A stretch of DNA of 64,000 nt from Bacteroides uniformis (GTDB lineage: Bacteria > Bacillota_I > Bacilli_A > RFN20 > CAG-826). The notes under the pieces were generated by a model. The model worked only from the letters and a program-made list of their open reading frames with translations. It was not told the origin of the DNA and ran no database searches. The stretch spans positions 2,525 through 66,524 of the forward strand of contig CAVIBR010000007.1 of the NCBI GenBank assembly GCA_963641445.1, written 5' to 3'. Both the position numbers and the translations under genes were made by a program. Shown here piece after piece: positions 13,990-22,335 of this stretch (positions are counted from its first letter, which is position 1; every line of letters begins with the position of its first letter).

Positions 13990-14384
13990 GCGAACGCCTC
14001 CCTGAAGTTCCCGTCGAGGTCGCCTTGCCCGTCCATGCGGTACTTCCTCATCACGTCCGATGCCCTTTTGAGCTTCTTGAGGGCCGATGACCTGAGGCAC
14101 TCGGCATAGTGTTTTGCCTCATCGGCGGTCGCGAGCCAGTACCTGAAGTCATCCATTATGACTATCTTCTCGGCCTCCTCGCTCTGGTTGATCCTCGCTA
14201 TCGCATGCCAGATCGGGAAGCAACGGTCATGCGAGGCCGAGCCCTCGTTCCACCGGAGCTCGCCCGGCATCGCCGAGTTGACCTCATCCACTATCTCCTT
14301 CTGCGTCGCATAGCCCTTCGGGTCGTTTTTGGAGTGCCATGCGATTATCGAGTAGATGAGCCTCTCCCTATCTGTCAGAGCCAT
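13986..14384 (-). CDS. hypothetical phage protein (132 aa)
   Basis: Internal ATG (MALTDRERLIYSII...). Overlaps the recT end by 17 nt. Confidence 0.5.
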   Translation of the reverse strand: MALTDRERLIYSIIAWHSKNDPKGYATQKEIVDEVNSAMPGELRWNEGSASHDRCFPIWHAIARINQSEEAEKIVIMDDFRYWLATADEAKHYAECLRSSALKKLKRASDVMRKYRMDGQGDLDGNFREAFA

Positions 14385-15201
14385 CGTTTCCAGCCTCCCC
14401 CGTGAGAGGGTCGAAGTCAGGGAGGTCCATCCCATCGAGCGAGAGGGCCTCGACAGCGGGCTTCTCATCAGGGAATGAGATTGGGTTATCGAGGTATTTG
14501 TCCGCCTCGCCGCTCCCGCCAAGCACGGATTGGTCGAGCTTTATCGCCTCCTCCATGAGCGGTGAGGTCGAGATCTGGCCGCACAATTGCTTGATGACGG
14601 TCTTCAGCGCCATCTTCTCATATGAGGCAGCCCAAGGCCCGGTCGATTTGCTCTTGGAGTATCTATCCCTGTGCTCGTCCATCTTCCTCTTGGACATGTA
14701 GACGGTGGAGATGATCTTGCCTTCCTTGTCTTTCGCAAAGGCGAGGAAGCCGACTATCGCCCCATCCATCGAGCTGACGTCATCGGAGAACTCCACGCTT
14801 ATCTCGCCCGTCTCACGGTCTCTCTTGACCTTGTCGCCCTCGTAGACGACCGAGGCGTTGATTTCGGAATAGAGCCCTGATCGGTAAGCCAATTCGCGGA
14901 ATCCGCGGAATCCGATTTGTGCTTGCACCTTCGTCGTCCCAGTGTGGCTGTCGTAATAAGGCACCGGGTAGATGCAGTCATCCCTGCCGAAGTCGTATCT
15001 GGCGGTCTCGAAGCAGTATTTGACCAATGAGAACGGGTCGCATTTGGATAGCGCTGGGTTGCTTGACAACGCGAGCGCCGCGCCTTTCGCCTTGTTGATC
15101 TGCTTTGGCGTGAGCGATAGGCTGTTCGCCAATTCCTTGATTCCGTTTGAGGCCAAGATGGCGCTCATCGTCGGTTTTCTTGTTGTTATTTCGTTTGACA
15201 T
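14368..15201 (-). CDS. recT: RecT-family single-strand annealing protein
   Basis: 277 aa. QAQIGFRGFRELAYRSGLY... and ...GPWAASYEKMALKTVIKQL are typical of RecT. Paired with a YqaJ exonuclease. Confidence 0.85.
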   Translation of the reverse strand: MSNEITTRKPTMSAILASNGIKELANSLSLTPKQINKAKGAALALSSNPALSKCDPFSLVKYCFETARYDFGRDDCIYPVPYYDSHTGTTKVQAQIGFRGFRELAYRSGLYSEINASVVYEGDKVKRDRETGEISVEFSDDVSSMDGAIVGFLAFAKDKEGKIISTVYMSKRKMDEHRDRYSKSKSTGPWAASYEKMALKTVIKQLCGQISTSPLMEEAIKLDQSVLGGSGEADKYLDNPISFPDEKPAVEALSLDGMDLPDFDPLTGEAGNDGSDR

Positions 15202-15216
15202 GTTCTTTTCTCTCCT

Positions 15217-15651
15217 TTAGCTTTCTTTCCTTGAATAGTCGTAGTTGTTCTTCCTCAAATATCTCTCGAGCCTGTCCATCTGGGCCTTCGTTCCCTTCAC
15301 GGCAATCGATTCCCTTGGCTCGTGGCCCTCATAGCTCTTGATTCTCTCGTCATAGAGCGATGCGGTCGCCTTTATGAGGTCGCATATCTCCTTGCACTGC
15401 TCCGTGAACGACCCCGTGAGGTCCCTTATCTCGGCGAGTTTGCGGTCGTTTATCGCCTTGGCGGTCTTGTTGAGCAACGCCCTTGCCTCCTTGGCCTCCC
15501 TGAGCTGGGCCTCATCGGCTATCGCTTCGGGGCATCTCTTCCTGTATTCGTCGCATCTCCCCAGCGTGAACGCCTTGAGCGCCTCATAGGACGCGAGGCT
15601 GACGGATTTGCCGTCGCTGACGCACTCTATCTCGAATTCCTTCTCTTCCAT
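15217..15651 (-). CDS. hypothetical phage protein between the exonuclease and RecT (144 aa)
   Basis: Clean ATG. Helical Glu/Lys/Ala-rich sequence. Confidence 0.55.
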   Translation of the reverse strand: MEEKEFEIECVSDGKSVSLASYEALKAFTLGRCDEYRKRCPEAIADEAQLREAKEARALLNKTAKAINDRKLAEIRDLTGSFTEQCKEICDLIKATASLYDERIKSYEGHEPRESIAVKGTKAQMDRLERYLRKNNYDYSRKES

Positions 15652-15664
15652 GCTCTTTCTCCTT

Positions 15665-16366
15665 TCATAGCTTTATGGTGAGAGGGGGCCTCTTGCCCTC
15701 CCCCACGTGCCTTCTCATGAAGTAGGCCTCGTTCGAGAGCGCTATCGTGAGCGCCCTCTCGGTGGTCTCATCCGCCCTCCTGATGATGTACGGCCTGTCC
15801 TCGGCGTATATGAACCGCCAATCATCCCCGACCTTGGTGAAGCGCTTGAGGTGGGCATAGAGCACCACGAAGTCGAGCTCCGGTATCGCGAGGAGGTACT
15901 GTATGCACTGCCAGAAGTACTGGTCAGGCACCCTGTTGCCATCCCATATCTCGCGGTCCTCTGTTTTTATGACCTCGACGTTCTTGATCTCCAAACCGCC
16001 GAATTTTCCGGTGGCTCTCTCTTTGAGTATCCCGTCCGGTGAGCAATGGATGAACGGATATGCGGGGTTCCTCCATAGCCAGTTGCCTCTCTTTGGCGGC
16101 TCAATGACCTCATATTCTTTCTTGAGATCGAAGCTGAAGAGCTTCCTTATCGAGGATTCCGTTAGGGTTCCCTCCGCCATCCTGTCTGTGACGGTCTCAG
16201 GCTTCTGGGGCTTGCCGGTGAGGCGGTCGTACAAGTCGTCCAAGGTTCCGTATTTCGCCTTGCCCAATATGAGGGCCAAATCGCTCCCGCCTATCGAGTG
16301 GGCTCTTGCCTTTAGCCACTCATCCCTGGTCCTGTATCGCTCGCAGTTCGGTGGAAGGTGCCTCAT
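15665..16366 (-). CDS. YqaJ-like recombination exonuclease
   Basis: MRHLPPNCERYRTRDEWLKARAHSIGGSDLALILG... ATG at 16366 forms an ATGA overlap. The Arg/Gly-rich tracked N-terminal extension was rejected. Confidence 0.8.
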   Translation of the reverse strand: MRHLPPNCERYRTRDEWLKARAHSIGGSDLALILGKAKYGTLDDLYDRLTGKPQKPETVTDRMAEGTLTESSIRKLFSFDLKKEYEVIEPPKRGNWLWRNPAYPFIHCSPDGILKERATGKFGGLEIKNVEVIKTEDREIWDGNRVPDQYFWQCIQYLLAIPELDFVVLYAHLKRFTKVGDDWRFIYAEDRPYIIRRADETTERALTIALSNEAYFMRRHVGEGKRPPLTIKL

Positions 16367-16635
16367 AGGTATTTCCTCTCTATCGCCCTCTTCTCGATCT
16401 CCTCGGCCGGGGTGCTTCCGTCGTGGGTCTTGATGACCGCCTTGCTGAACGCCGAGATGGTCGGGTCCCCATCCGGCTGGCCACCGCTCTTGATGGCGGT
16501 CTTGATGATCTGGTAGGCCACGTTCTTGCCCACCTGGTAGTAGGACATGACGTCCCTGAAGCCCCATTTCCCCTTCTGAAGAAGGGAGAGCTCCAGGTCG
16601 AGCCTGTCCTTGCGTGTCTCTTTGTTTTCTATCAT
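16363..16635 (-). CDS. small HTH-like protein, first GC-rich early gene (possible original cro/regulator)
   Basis: 90 aa. VMSYYQVGKNVAYQIIKTAIKSGG is HTH-like. An AGGAG SD precedes the ATG. Confidence 0.5.
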   Translation of the reverse strand: MIENKETRKDRLDLELSLLQKGKWGFRDVMSYYQVGKNVAYQIIKTAIKSGGQPDGDPTISAFSKAVIKTHDGSTPAEEIEKRAIERKYL

Positions 16636-16657
16636 ATTGAATCTCCTATTTTATTTT

Positions 16658-16685
16658 TATGCTTTACGCATATTTTTATGCATAA
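16658..16685. promoter_or_regulatory. operator-like palindromes (distal pair)
   Basis: TATGC-TTTAC-GCATA (16658-16672) and the perfect palindrome TTATGCATAA (16676-16685). Confidence 0.5.
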
Positions 16686-16870
16686 AGAAAAGCATCAACA
16701 GATTTCTTTCCGAAAATTTGATACATGGTTGCAATCTCATCTCTTCTGAAATCACCTCCTCTTTTAATCTTTAAAGTTAAGGAATTGCGAGAAATACTTA
16801 ACTTTTGAGCTAAATCTTCTCTCGTCATACCTTTCGCGGCCATTGCTGCGTTGAATAAATTCTCGTTCAT
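16676..16870 (-). CDS. Cro-like XRE-family HTH protein (AT-rich cassette)
   Basis: MNENLFNAAMAAKGMTREDLAQKLSISRNSLTLKIKRGG... GGAG lies 7 nt upstream of the ATG at 16870. Divergent from the cI-like gene. Confidence 0.7.
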   Translation of the reverse strand: MNENLFNAAMAAKGMTREDLAQKLSISRNSLTLKIKRGGDFRRDEIATMYQIFGKKSVDAFLYA

Positions 16871-16886
16871 CTCTTCTCCTTTTAAA

Positions 16887-16960
16887 TTATGCATTTCGCA
16901 TAATCAAATTATATGCATATTTGAATATATTGCAACAACTTTTTTATGTTTTATGCATAA
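16887..16960. promoter_or_regulatory. divergent promoter/operator region of the AT-rich switch
   Basis: TTATGC-ATTTC-GCATAA (16887-16903), ATATGCATAT (16911-16920) and TTATGCATAA (16951-16960). The minus-strand promoter TTGCAA-16-TATAAT (16935-16908) overlaps them. Confidence 0.6.
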
Positions 16961-17013
16961 TATTTGTTGTTATTTTTTTGTGATTAATTAAAATGATTAC
17001 AGGAGGTATCAGA

Positions 17014-17361
17014 ATGCAAGATAAAAAAATCGGCGAATTAATAAGAAATAGAAGAAAGGAGTTAGGGATGAGTTCAGTTACATTGGCAAATAGGATAGGC
17101 GTTAACCAAAGCACTATATCTCGTTGGGAAAGTGGACAAATAAAAGATATAAGACGAGCTCAGATCTATCTATTATCCAAATATTTATATATACCAGTCG
17201 AAACCATACTTGGCCTTTCAGAAGAAACGACCACAGAAGATATGGAAATTGTATCAAGACGCCTCCGCTTAGAATCCAAATTAGAATCCATAAAAGACAA
17301 AGAGACTTTGGATGTTATAGATAATTTCATAAACGCATATTGCTCAGCAAAAGGAAAATAA
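17014..17361 (+). CDS. CI-like XRE-family repressor (AT-rich copy)
   Basis: AGGAGG lies 7 nt upstream of the ATG at 17014. HTH MSSVTLANRIGVNQSTISRWESG. C-terminal helical domain. Confidence 0.75.
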   Translation: MQDKKIGELIRNRRKELGMSSVTLANRIGVNQSTISRWESGQIKDIRRAQIYLLSKYLYIPVETILGLSEETTTEDMEIVSRRLRLESKLESIKDKETLDVIDNFINAYCSAKGK

Positions 17362-17363
17362 AC

Positions 17364-17732
17364 ATGGATCAGGAAATGATAGGCGCCCTGATAAAGGGCA
17401 GGAGGGAGGCACTTGGCCTCTCGCAAAGGCAATTGGCGAAAATGGTCGGCGTGAGCAACTCCACCGTAGCGAGATGGGAGAGCGGGGACATAAAGGGACT
17501 GAGGAAGGCCAACATCATCCTCCTATCCGAGAGGCTGTACATATCGGAGGAGACGCTCCTGGGCAAGTGCGAGACCCCCGAGGAGGACATCGAGCTTCTC
17601 AGGATGAGGGCGAGGATGGAGATAGCGCTCCTCAGCATCCACGACATAGGCAAGCTCAACAGGATAATGAAGGAGATCAATAGGATCAGGAAGGAGGCAA
17701 AGGATGGCCAAATACATAAAGAAGACCAATGA
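17364..17732 (+). CDS. second CI-like XRE-family repressor (GC-rich paralog)
   Basis: LSQRQLAKMVGVSNSTVARWESG. About 50% identical to the AT-rich copy over ~60 aa, aligned by eye. Confidence 0.7.
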   Translation: MDQEMIGALIKGRREALGLSQRQLAKMVGVSNSTVARWESGDIKGLRKANIILLSERLYISEETLLGKCETPEEDIELLRMRARMEIALLSIHDIGKLNRIMKEINRIRKEAKDGQIHKEDQ

Positions 17733-18831
17733 GGGGTATGCGATAGACCGCTTCGTGCAGAGGGACGGCATAAGGCTCCACGTCTACAAGGCGGGCTTCG
17801 AGACCATAGCCGACGCCAAGATGGCTATGGGCGATGAGATCGAGAGGGCGTTCGACAAAATGAGGGCGAGCAGGTACGGCGAGAAGACCCTCCGCCAGGT
17901 CTCGGAGGCGTATTTCAGGGACATGGCTGGCAAGAAATCGAGGCAGTACGCCTATGCCATAAGGAAGAAGATGGAGAGGCACTTCCTCCCTGGCTTCGAC
18001 CTTGATGCGCCCGCAAGGAAAGAGCTCACCGAGGAGAAGGTCGCAAGATGGTATGCCCGCTTCTCCTCCCAAAGCTCGCCGAGGGCTGACACGAAGAACA
18101 AGCTCCTCTCGGACGTCAGGAGGTTCATGGAGGGATGCTGGAGGAAGGAGAAGGTCATCTCCAGCGAGGAATACGCCTCGATAATGGGCATCCTCGACAA
18201 CTTCAAGGTATCAAAGGCCCCAGCGCCTGAGAGGGCGGTCTGGGGCGATGATGAGGTGAGGAGGTTCCTTGGCGCATGCGAGAAGGGCTCATCCGAGTGG
18301 GTGATGCTCTCGCTCCTCTTCTACCTGGGCACCAGATTGGGCGAGTTCCTCGCGCTCACGTGGGACTGCGTCGACTGGGCCAACCAGGAGATAAGGATAG
18401 GCAAGCAGATGATAAAGGACGGCGGGTGCATGGTGACGACGGAGCTGAAGACCGGCGCCTCATACAGGAACTGCTATCTTGAGGACTGGGTCGTCGGCAT
18501 GCTCAGGGAATACAAAAGGAAAGAGGGCAACGGGGAGGCCGCCTACCTCTTCCACTCAAAAAGATACCCCAACGGCGAGAGGCCGATGTCCTTCAACGAT
18601 TTCAGGAACGAGTGGGCGAAGGCCGAGAGGAAGGCCGGATTGCCCCATACCACCCCACACAGCGCGCGCCATAGGAAGGCGACGGAGCTGGTGATGCTCT
18701 GCAGGAACGAGGAGGAAGTCAAGGCATCCGCGGAGTTCCTGGGGCACTCGCCGAGCATGATGATGGACGTCTACGCCCACACAAACAGGGAGTCAATCAA
18801 AAATCTCATGGCTAGAAAGGGCCAAAGCTGA
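17704..18831 (+). CDS. int: tyrosine integrase
   Basis: 375 aa. TRLGEFLALTWDCVDW, HSARHRKATEL and LGHSPSMMMDVYAH give the R..HxxR..Y catalytic pattern. Confidence 0.9.
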   Translation: MAKYIKKTNEGYAIDRFVQRDGIRLHVYKAGFETIADAKMAMGDEIERAFDKMRASRYGEKTLRQVSEAYFRDMAGKKSRQYAYAIRKKMERHFLPGFDLDAPARKELTEEKVARWYARFSSQSSPRADTKNKLLSDVRRFMEGCWRKEKVISSEEYASIMGILDNFKVSKAPAPERAVWGDDEVRRFLGACEKGSSEWVMLSLLFYLGTRLGEFLALTWDCVDWANQEIRIGKQMIKDGGCMVTTELKTGASYRNCYLEDWVVGMLREYKRKEGNGEAAYLFHSKRYPNGERPMSFNDFRNEWAKAERKAGLPHTTPHSARHRKATELVMLCRNEEEVKASAEFLGHSPSMMMDVYAHTNRESIKNLMARKGQS

Positions 18832-18861
18832 GCCAACTGTGCACTGAATCGCAAAATAGCC

Positions 18862-18950
18862 GAGAAAATGTAGGAAAGCAAGTGAAAATATATGACAGTG
18901 TAAAAATAAGATGGCGATGAAAAGCCAACTTGTGAAAATATGTGAAAATG
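18862..18950. repeat. arm-type integrase binding site candidates
   Basis: GTGAAAAT(A/G) at 18882, 18932 and 18942, plus variants GAGAAAATG (18862) and GTGTAAAAATA (18898), directly after int. Confidence 0.5.
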
Positions 18951-18994
18951 CAGTCAATATCTTCCCTTCCGATTTCCCGCACCAACATTGAATT

Positions 18995-19022
18995 AAATCC
19001 TGATTAAATTCGGGATTTTTTT
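18995..19022 (+). terminator. intrinsic terminator at the prophage/host boundary
   Basis: AAATCC-N12-GGATTT followed by TTTT. Confidence 0.45.
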
Positions 19023-19127
19023 GTACTTTAAAATGTCATTATATTTTTAATACGATAATCAACGATAGTATCTCAATTTATGAGATTTAAATTGATCATT
19101 TCGAAAAAACTTCTTGATGGACTGGAT

Positions 19128-19950
19128 TCATTTACCAGTTTTCGCCTTCTGTCTTTTCTCCCTGTCCTCTTTGAATATCCTCTCCCAGTCCTTCTCCGAT
19201 TCCTCCGGGCTTTCGTATCTTATCCCTAGGCTCGTAAAAAATTTCTCTAGATCCTCTATCCAGGTATCTTTCGTTGATGTATTTGGCTGTGATTTCTGCT
19301 TGTCCATTTAGTTTCTCTTCTAACTTCAGTGTAACACAATCTTTTATAACATCATCAGAACATTTGACACAATTTTCAAAAGAAAGCTGTCAAAAGTCTC
19401 CTGATCTGATGTTAGAAGATTCACGGAAAGTCCTCTTGTTTGTATAGCAGTTAACATTGTGGAACTTTCCTTTTTTTGTTTGCTACCTACAAAAAACTAA
19501 CGGTATCCTTTTTGCCCCCGATTTGACATTTTTCGTTTCTTTGCTTACATTATTGGCGTAAACTTCAGCTAATGCATTTCCCGTGTCACTAGATTGGTTA
19601 GCCCTCTGCACGGTCCCGTTATGGGATAGGCTGATGTTTTCATTTTGCGTGTATTTCGCAACTATTTTTGTAGAAAATTTGTAATTGAATGTGTAAGGAC
19701 GGCCCCATTTTATCAAAACGATCTTCGACTTTATCTATCCACCTTATCCTCAACCATAGGGTGTTACATGGCCTCATCCTTGACGTTTTCCTTAATCCCG
19801 TAGAAGTTACTTGTGATCTTTATCGTGTTATTTCCAAAAGAACAGACTTTCACGGCTCTTGTTTCTGACACAAAAGTAGGTCTTCTGCAGGAACATAACG
19901 CGGCTTGGCGCGTAATTCTTTTTTTGTGTTTACGATATAGTCCTTACTAC
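19128..19950 (-). pseudogene. decayed coding region (family not identified)
   Basis: A series of minus-strand ORF fragments in different frames, e.g. ...KLEEKLNGQAEITAKYINERYLDRGSREIFYEPRDKIRKP then a shift to EESEKDWERIFKEDREKRQKAKTGK*. 19483..19716 is another fragment. Confidence 0.25.
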
Positions 19951-20317
19951 CAGTATAAATATTTCGATGGGTAAATCATTTTTTATATTGCAAACTAATT
20001 TTGTAATAAGGCAAACGTTGGACCAACTAGCAGAGCAAATCTGCCTCGGTTTTACAGATAAATATAAATATTTAGATTTTTATTTGAAAAATAGTTTTAG
20101 TTTTTTTCATATACGTGGGTTTTGCCATAGATATTTCAATTTCTTAATTTTGAAGTTGATTCCCTAAAATTCAATTTTCGTTGTCAAAACCCCATTATTT
20201 TGCAGTTCATCTTTCATTTTCATCAATCTAATATCAAGAAATAAATACCTTTATTTAATGTATCTAATTCGCTCAGAACTTTGTATCATTATTAGGTATT
20301 AAATATGGAGTTTTATT

Positions 20318-21148
20318 ATGTCACGCGCAGATCAAATTTTTATTGATAATTGTAAAGAAATATTAACTGAAGGTGTTTGGGACACTAATTGCAATGTCCG
20401 TCCTCATTGGGATGATGGAACACCAGCTCACACGATTAAAAAGTTTGGAATTGTCAATCGTTACAACCTTCAAGAAGAACTTCCAATCTTAACGATTAGA
20501 AAAACCGCTTTTAAGAATTGTTTAGATGAACTTCTTTGGATTTGGCAAAAGAAATCTAACAATGTTCATGACCTCCATTCACATATTTGGGATTCTTGGG
20601 CTGATGAAACTGGATCAATTGGCAAAGCATATGGTTACCAACTAGGCAAGAAATCAATCTATCCTGAAGGAGAGTTTGATCAAGTTGATAGAGTTCTATA
20701 TGATTTGAAACACAATCCTGCATCAAGAAGAATAATGACAAACATCTATAATTTCGATGATCTTCATGAGATGCATCTATACCCTTGTGCTTATTCAATG
20801 ACATTTAATGTTTCGGGAGATACGTTAAATGGCATCTTAAATCAAAGATCTAACGATATGCTTACGGCTAATAATTGGAATGTTTTGCAGTATTCATTAC
20901 TATTAATGATGTTTGCTCAAGTTTCTGGATTAAAGGCAGGCACGCTTATTCATGTCATATCTGATGCCCATTTATATGATCGCCATATTGATTTAGTTAA
21001 GGAAGTCATGGAAAAACCTCAACATCCCGCTCCAAAACTAATCATGGATAAGAACATAATCAACTTCTATGATTTCACCGTTGATTCATTCGAATTAGAA
21101 GATTATGAATTTGAGAAATTAGGAAAAAAGATTCCTGTGGCTATCTAA
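20318..21148 (+). CDS. thyA: thymidylate synthase
   Basis: 276 aa. RRIMTNIYN..., LYPCAYSMTFNV (active-site Cys), NQRSNDM, DAHLYDRH. Confidence 0.9.
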   Translation: MSRADQIFIDNCKEILTEGVWDTNCNVRPHWDDGTPAHTIKKFGIVNRYNLQEELPILTIRKTAFKNCLDELLWIWQKKSNNVHDLHSHIWDSWADETGSIGKAYGYQLGKKSIYPEGEFDQVDRVLYDLKHNPASRRIMTNIYNFDDLHEMHLYPCAYSMTFNVSGDTLNGILNQRSNDMLTANNWNVLQYSLLLMMFAQVSGLKAGTLIHVISDAHLYDRHIDLVKEVMEKPQHPAPKLIMDKNIINFYDFTVDSFELEDYEFEKLGKKIPVAI

Positions 21149-21149
21149 T

Positions 21150-21665
21150 ATGTATAAATTAAGAGCAATATTACACTGTGATTCAAAATTCGGCATCGGA
21201 AAGAAAAATGACCTTCTTTTCAAATTGCCTGCTGATATGAAATTCTTTAGAGAAACTACTTCCGGTCATGTCGTAGCAATGGGCGAAAACACTTTGATAT
21301 CATTCCCCAATTCAAAGCCATTAAAAAACAGAACGAATATCGTTTTATCAGGCGATACCACACATAACTATGAAGGTGTCATTAATGTTCACTCAATGGA
21401 AGATTTCAAAAAAGCAATAAAAGAGCATCTTCTTGAAGGAGATGTCTATGTTATTGGCGGGGCTTCGATATATTCCCAAATGCTTCCTTATTATGATGAA
21501 ATCTATCTAACAAAGGTGAATGAAGATGGTGAAGCCGAAGTATTCTTCCCCAATGTCGATGAGAATCTTTCCTATAAATTGGAAAAAGAAGGCGAGCCTC
21601 TCCTCGATAATGGGCACGAGATCCGCTTCTGCACCTATATAAACACTAACAAGATGCCACTCTAA
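21150..21665 (+). CDS. folA: dihydrofolate reductase
   Basis: 171 aa, 1 nt after thyA. GIGKKNDLLFKLPADMKFFRETT and VIGGASIYSQMLPY motifs. Confidence 0.85.
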   Translation: MYKLRAILHCDSKFGIGKKNDLLFKLPADMKFFRETTSGHVVAMGENTLISFPNSKPLKNRTNIVLSGDTTHNYEGVINVHSMEDFKKAIKEHLLEGDVYVIGGASIYSQMLPYYDEIYLTKVNEDGEAEVFFPNVDENLSYKLEKEGEPLLDNGHEIRFCTYINTNKMPL

Positions 21666-21789
21666 GGCATCTTTTTTCTTCGAATGATTATATCATTATC
21701 AATAAATCGGTAATAATTCACCGAAATATTGATAATCTTTTTCTTGTTGCTATAATCTAAATGAACATGTTCATAAAAAAGGGGGTAAA

Positions 21790-22335
21790 ATGCCTAAGAT
21801 AATCAAGAACGTCAGGGAGAATATCATTTCCTGCACAAAAGAAATCATTGCTGAAAAAGGTTTTAATTCTCTTACGATGAGAGATGTTGCAAAGAAGACT
21901 AATTATGGTGTTGGGACTATATACAACTATTTCCCTAACAAGATGAGTATTCTTGCTGCAATTCTCTTAGAAGAATGGTCTTTGGTGGAAACTCAAATAA
22001 ATCAAAAAATCGAAAAATCCCCATCATTTTCCGCTTCTTTAGAGACAATCTATTCTTCGATATGCGCTTTCTATCAAGATCACAAAGAGTTATTTTTTTC
22101 AATCCAAATCCCTGCAGAAATACGTTTTAAGATTCATTTTGGACACGACGCATTCGCAAAAAACATCGAAAAATTTGTTGTTAATGCAGAAAATAAATTT
22201 TCAATCGTTGCAGAAAGCAAAGACCGTTATGTCGCTTGCTTGCTATTAATTCAAGCTTCATCGACTTATGAGCTTCCTTTTGATGACATAAAAGATTCGT
22301 TAAACAAATTGCTTATAGGAGGTAATCAAAAATGA
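21790..22335 (+). CDS. TetR-family transcriptional regulator
   Basis: N-terminal HTH AEKGFNSLTMRDVAKKTNYGVGTIYNYFPNK. Confidence 0.85.
   Translation: MPKIIKNVRENIISCTKEIIAEKGFNSLTMRDVAKKTNYGVGTIYNYFPNKMSILAAILLEEWSLVETQINQKIEKSPSFSASLETIYSSICAFYQDHKELFFSIQIPAEIRFKIHFGHDAFAKNIEKFVVNAENKFSIVAESKDRYVACLLLIQASSTYELPFDDIKDSLNKLLIGGNQK

Larger units (their letters stand above)
1..18990. mobile_element. GC-rich temperate prophage, integrase-proximal part (continues beyond window start)
   Basis: Contiguous phage modules (portal, terminase, RusA, MTase, replisome organizer, RecT/YqaJ, cI/cro, integrase). A sharp drop in GC follows the integrase and its arm-type repeats near 18.85-19.0 kb. Confidence 0.85.

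Noticed and set aside
18961-18990. Possible tRNA 3' end (..TTCCGATTTCCCGCACCA) as the integration target
   Set aside because: No complementary T-stem or acceptor strand could be drawn. No tRNA body lies upstream; the sequence there is phage arm DNA.
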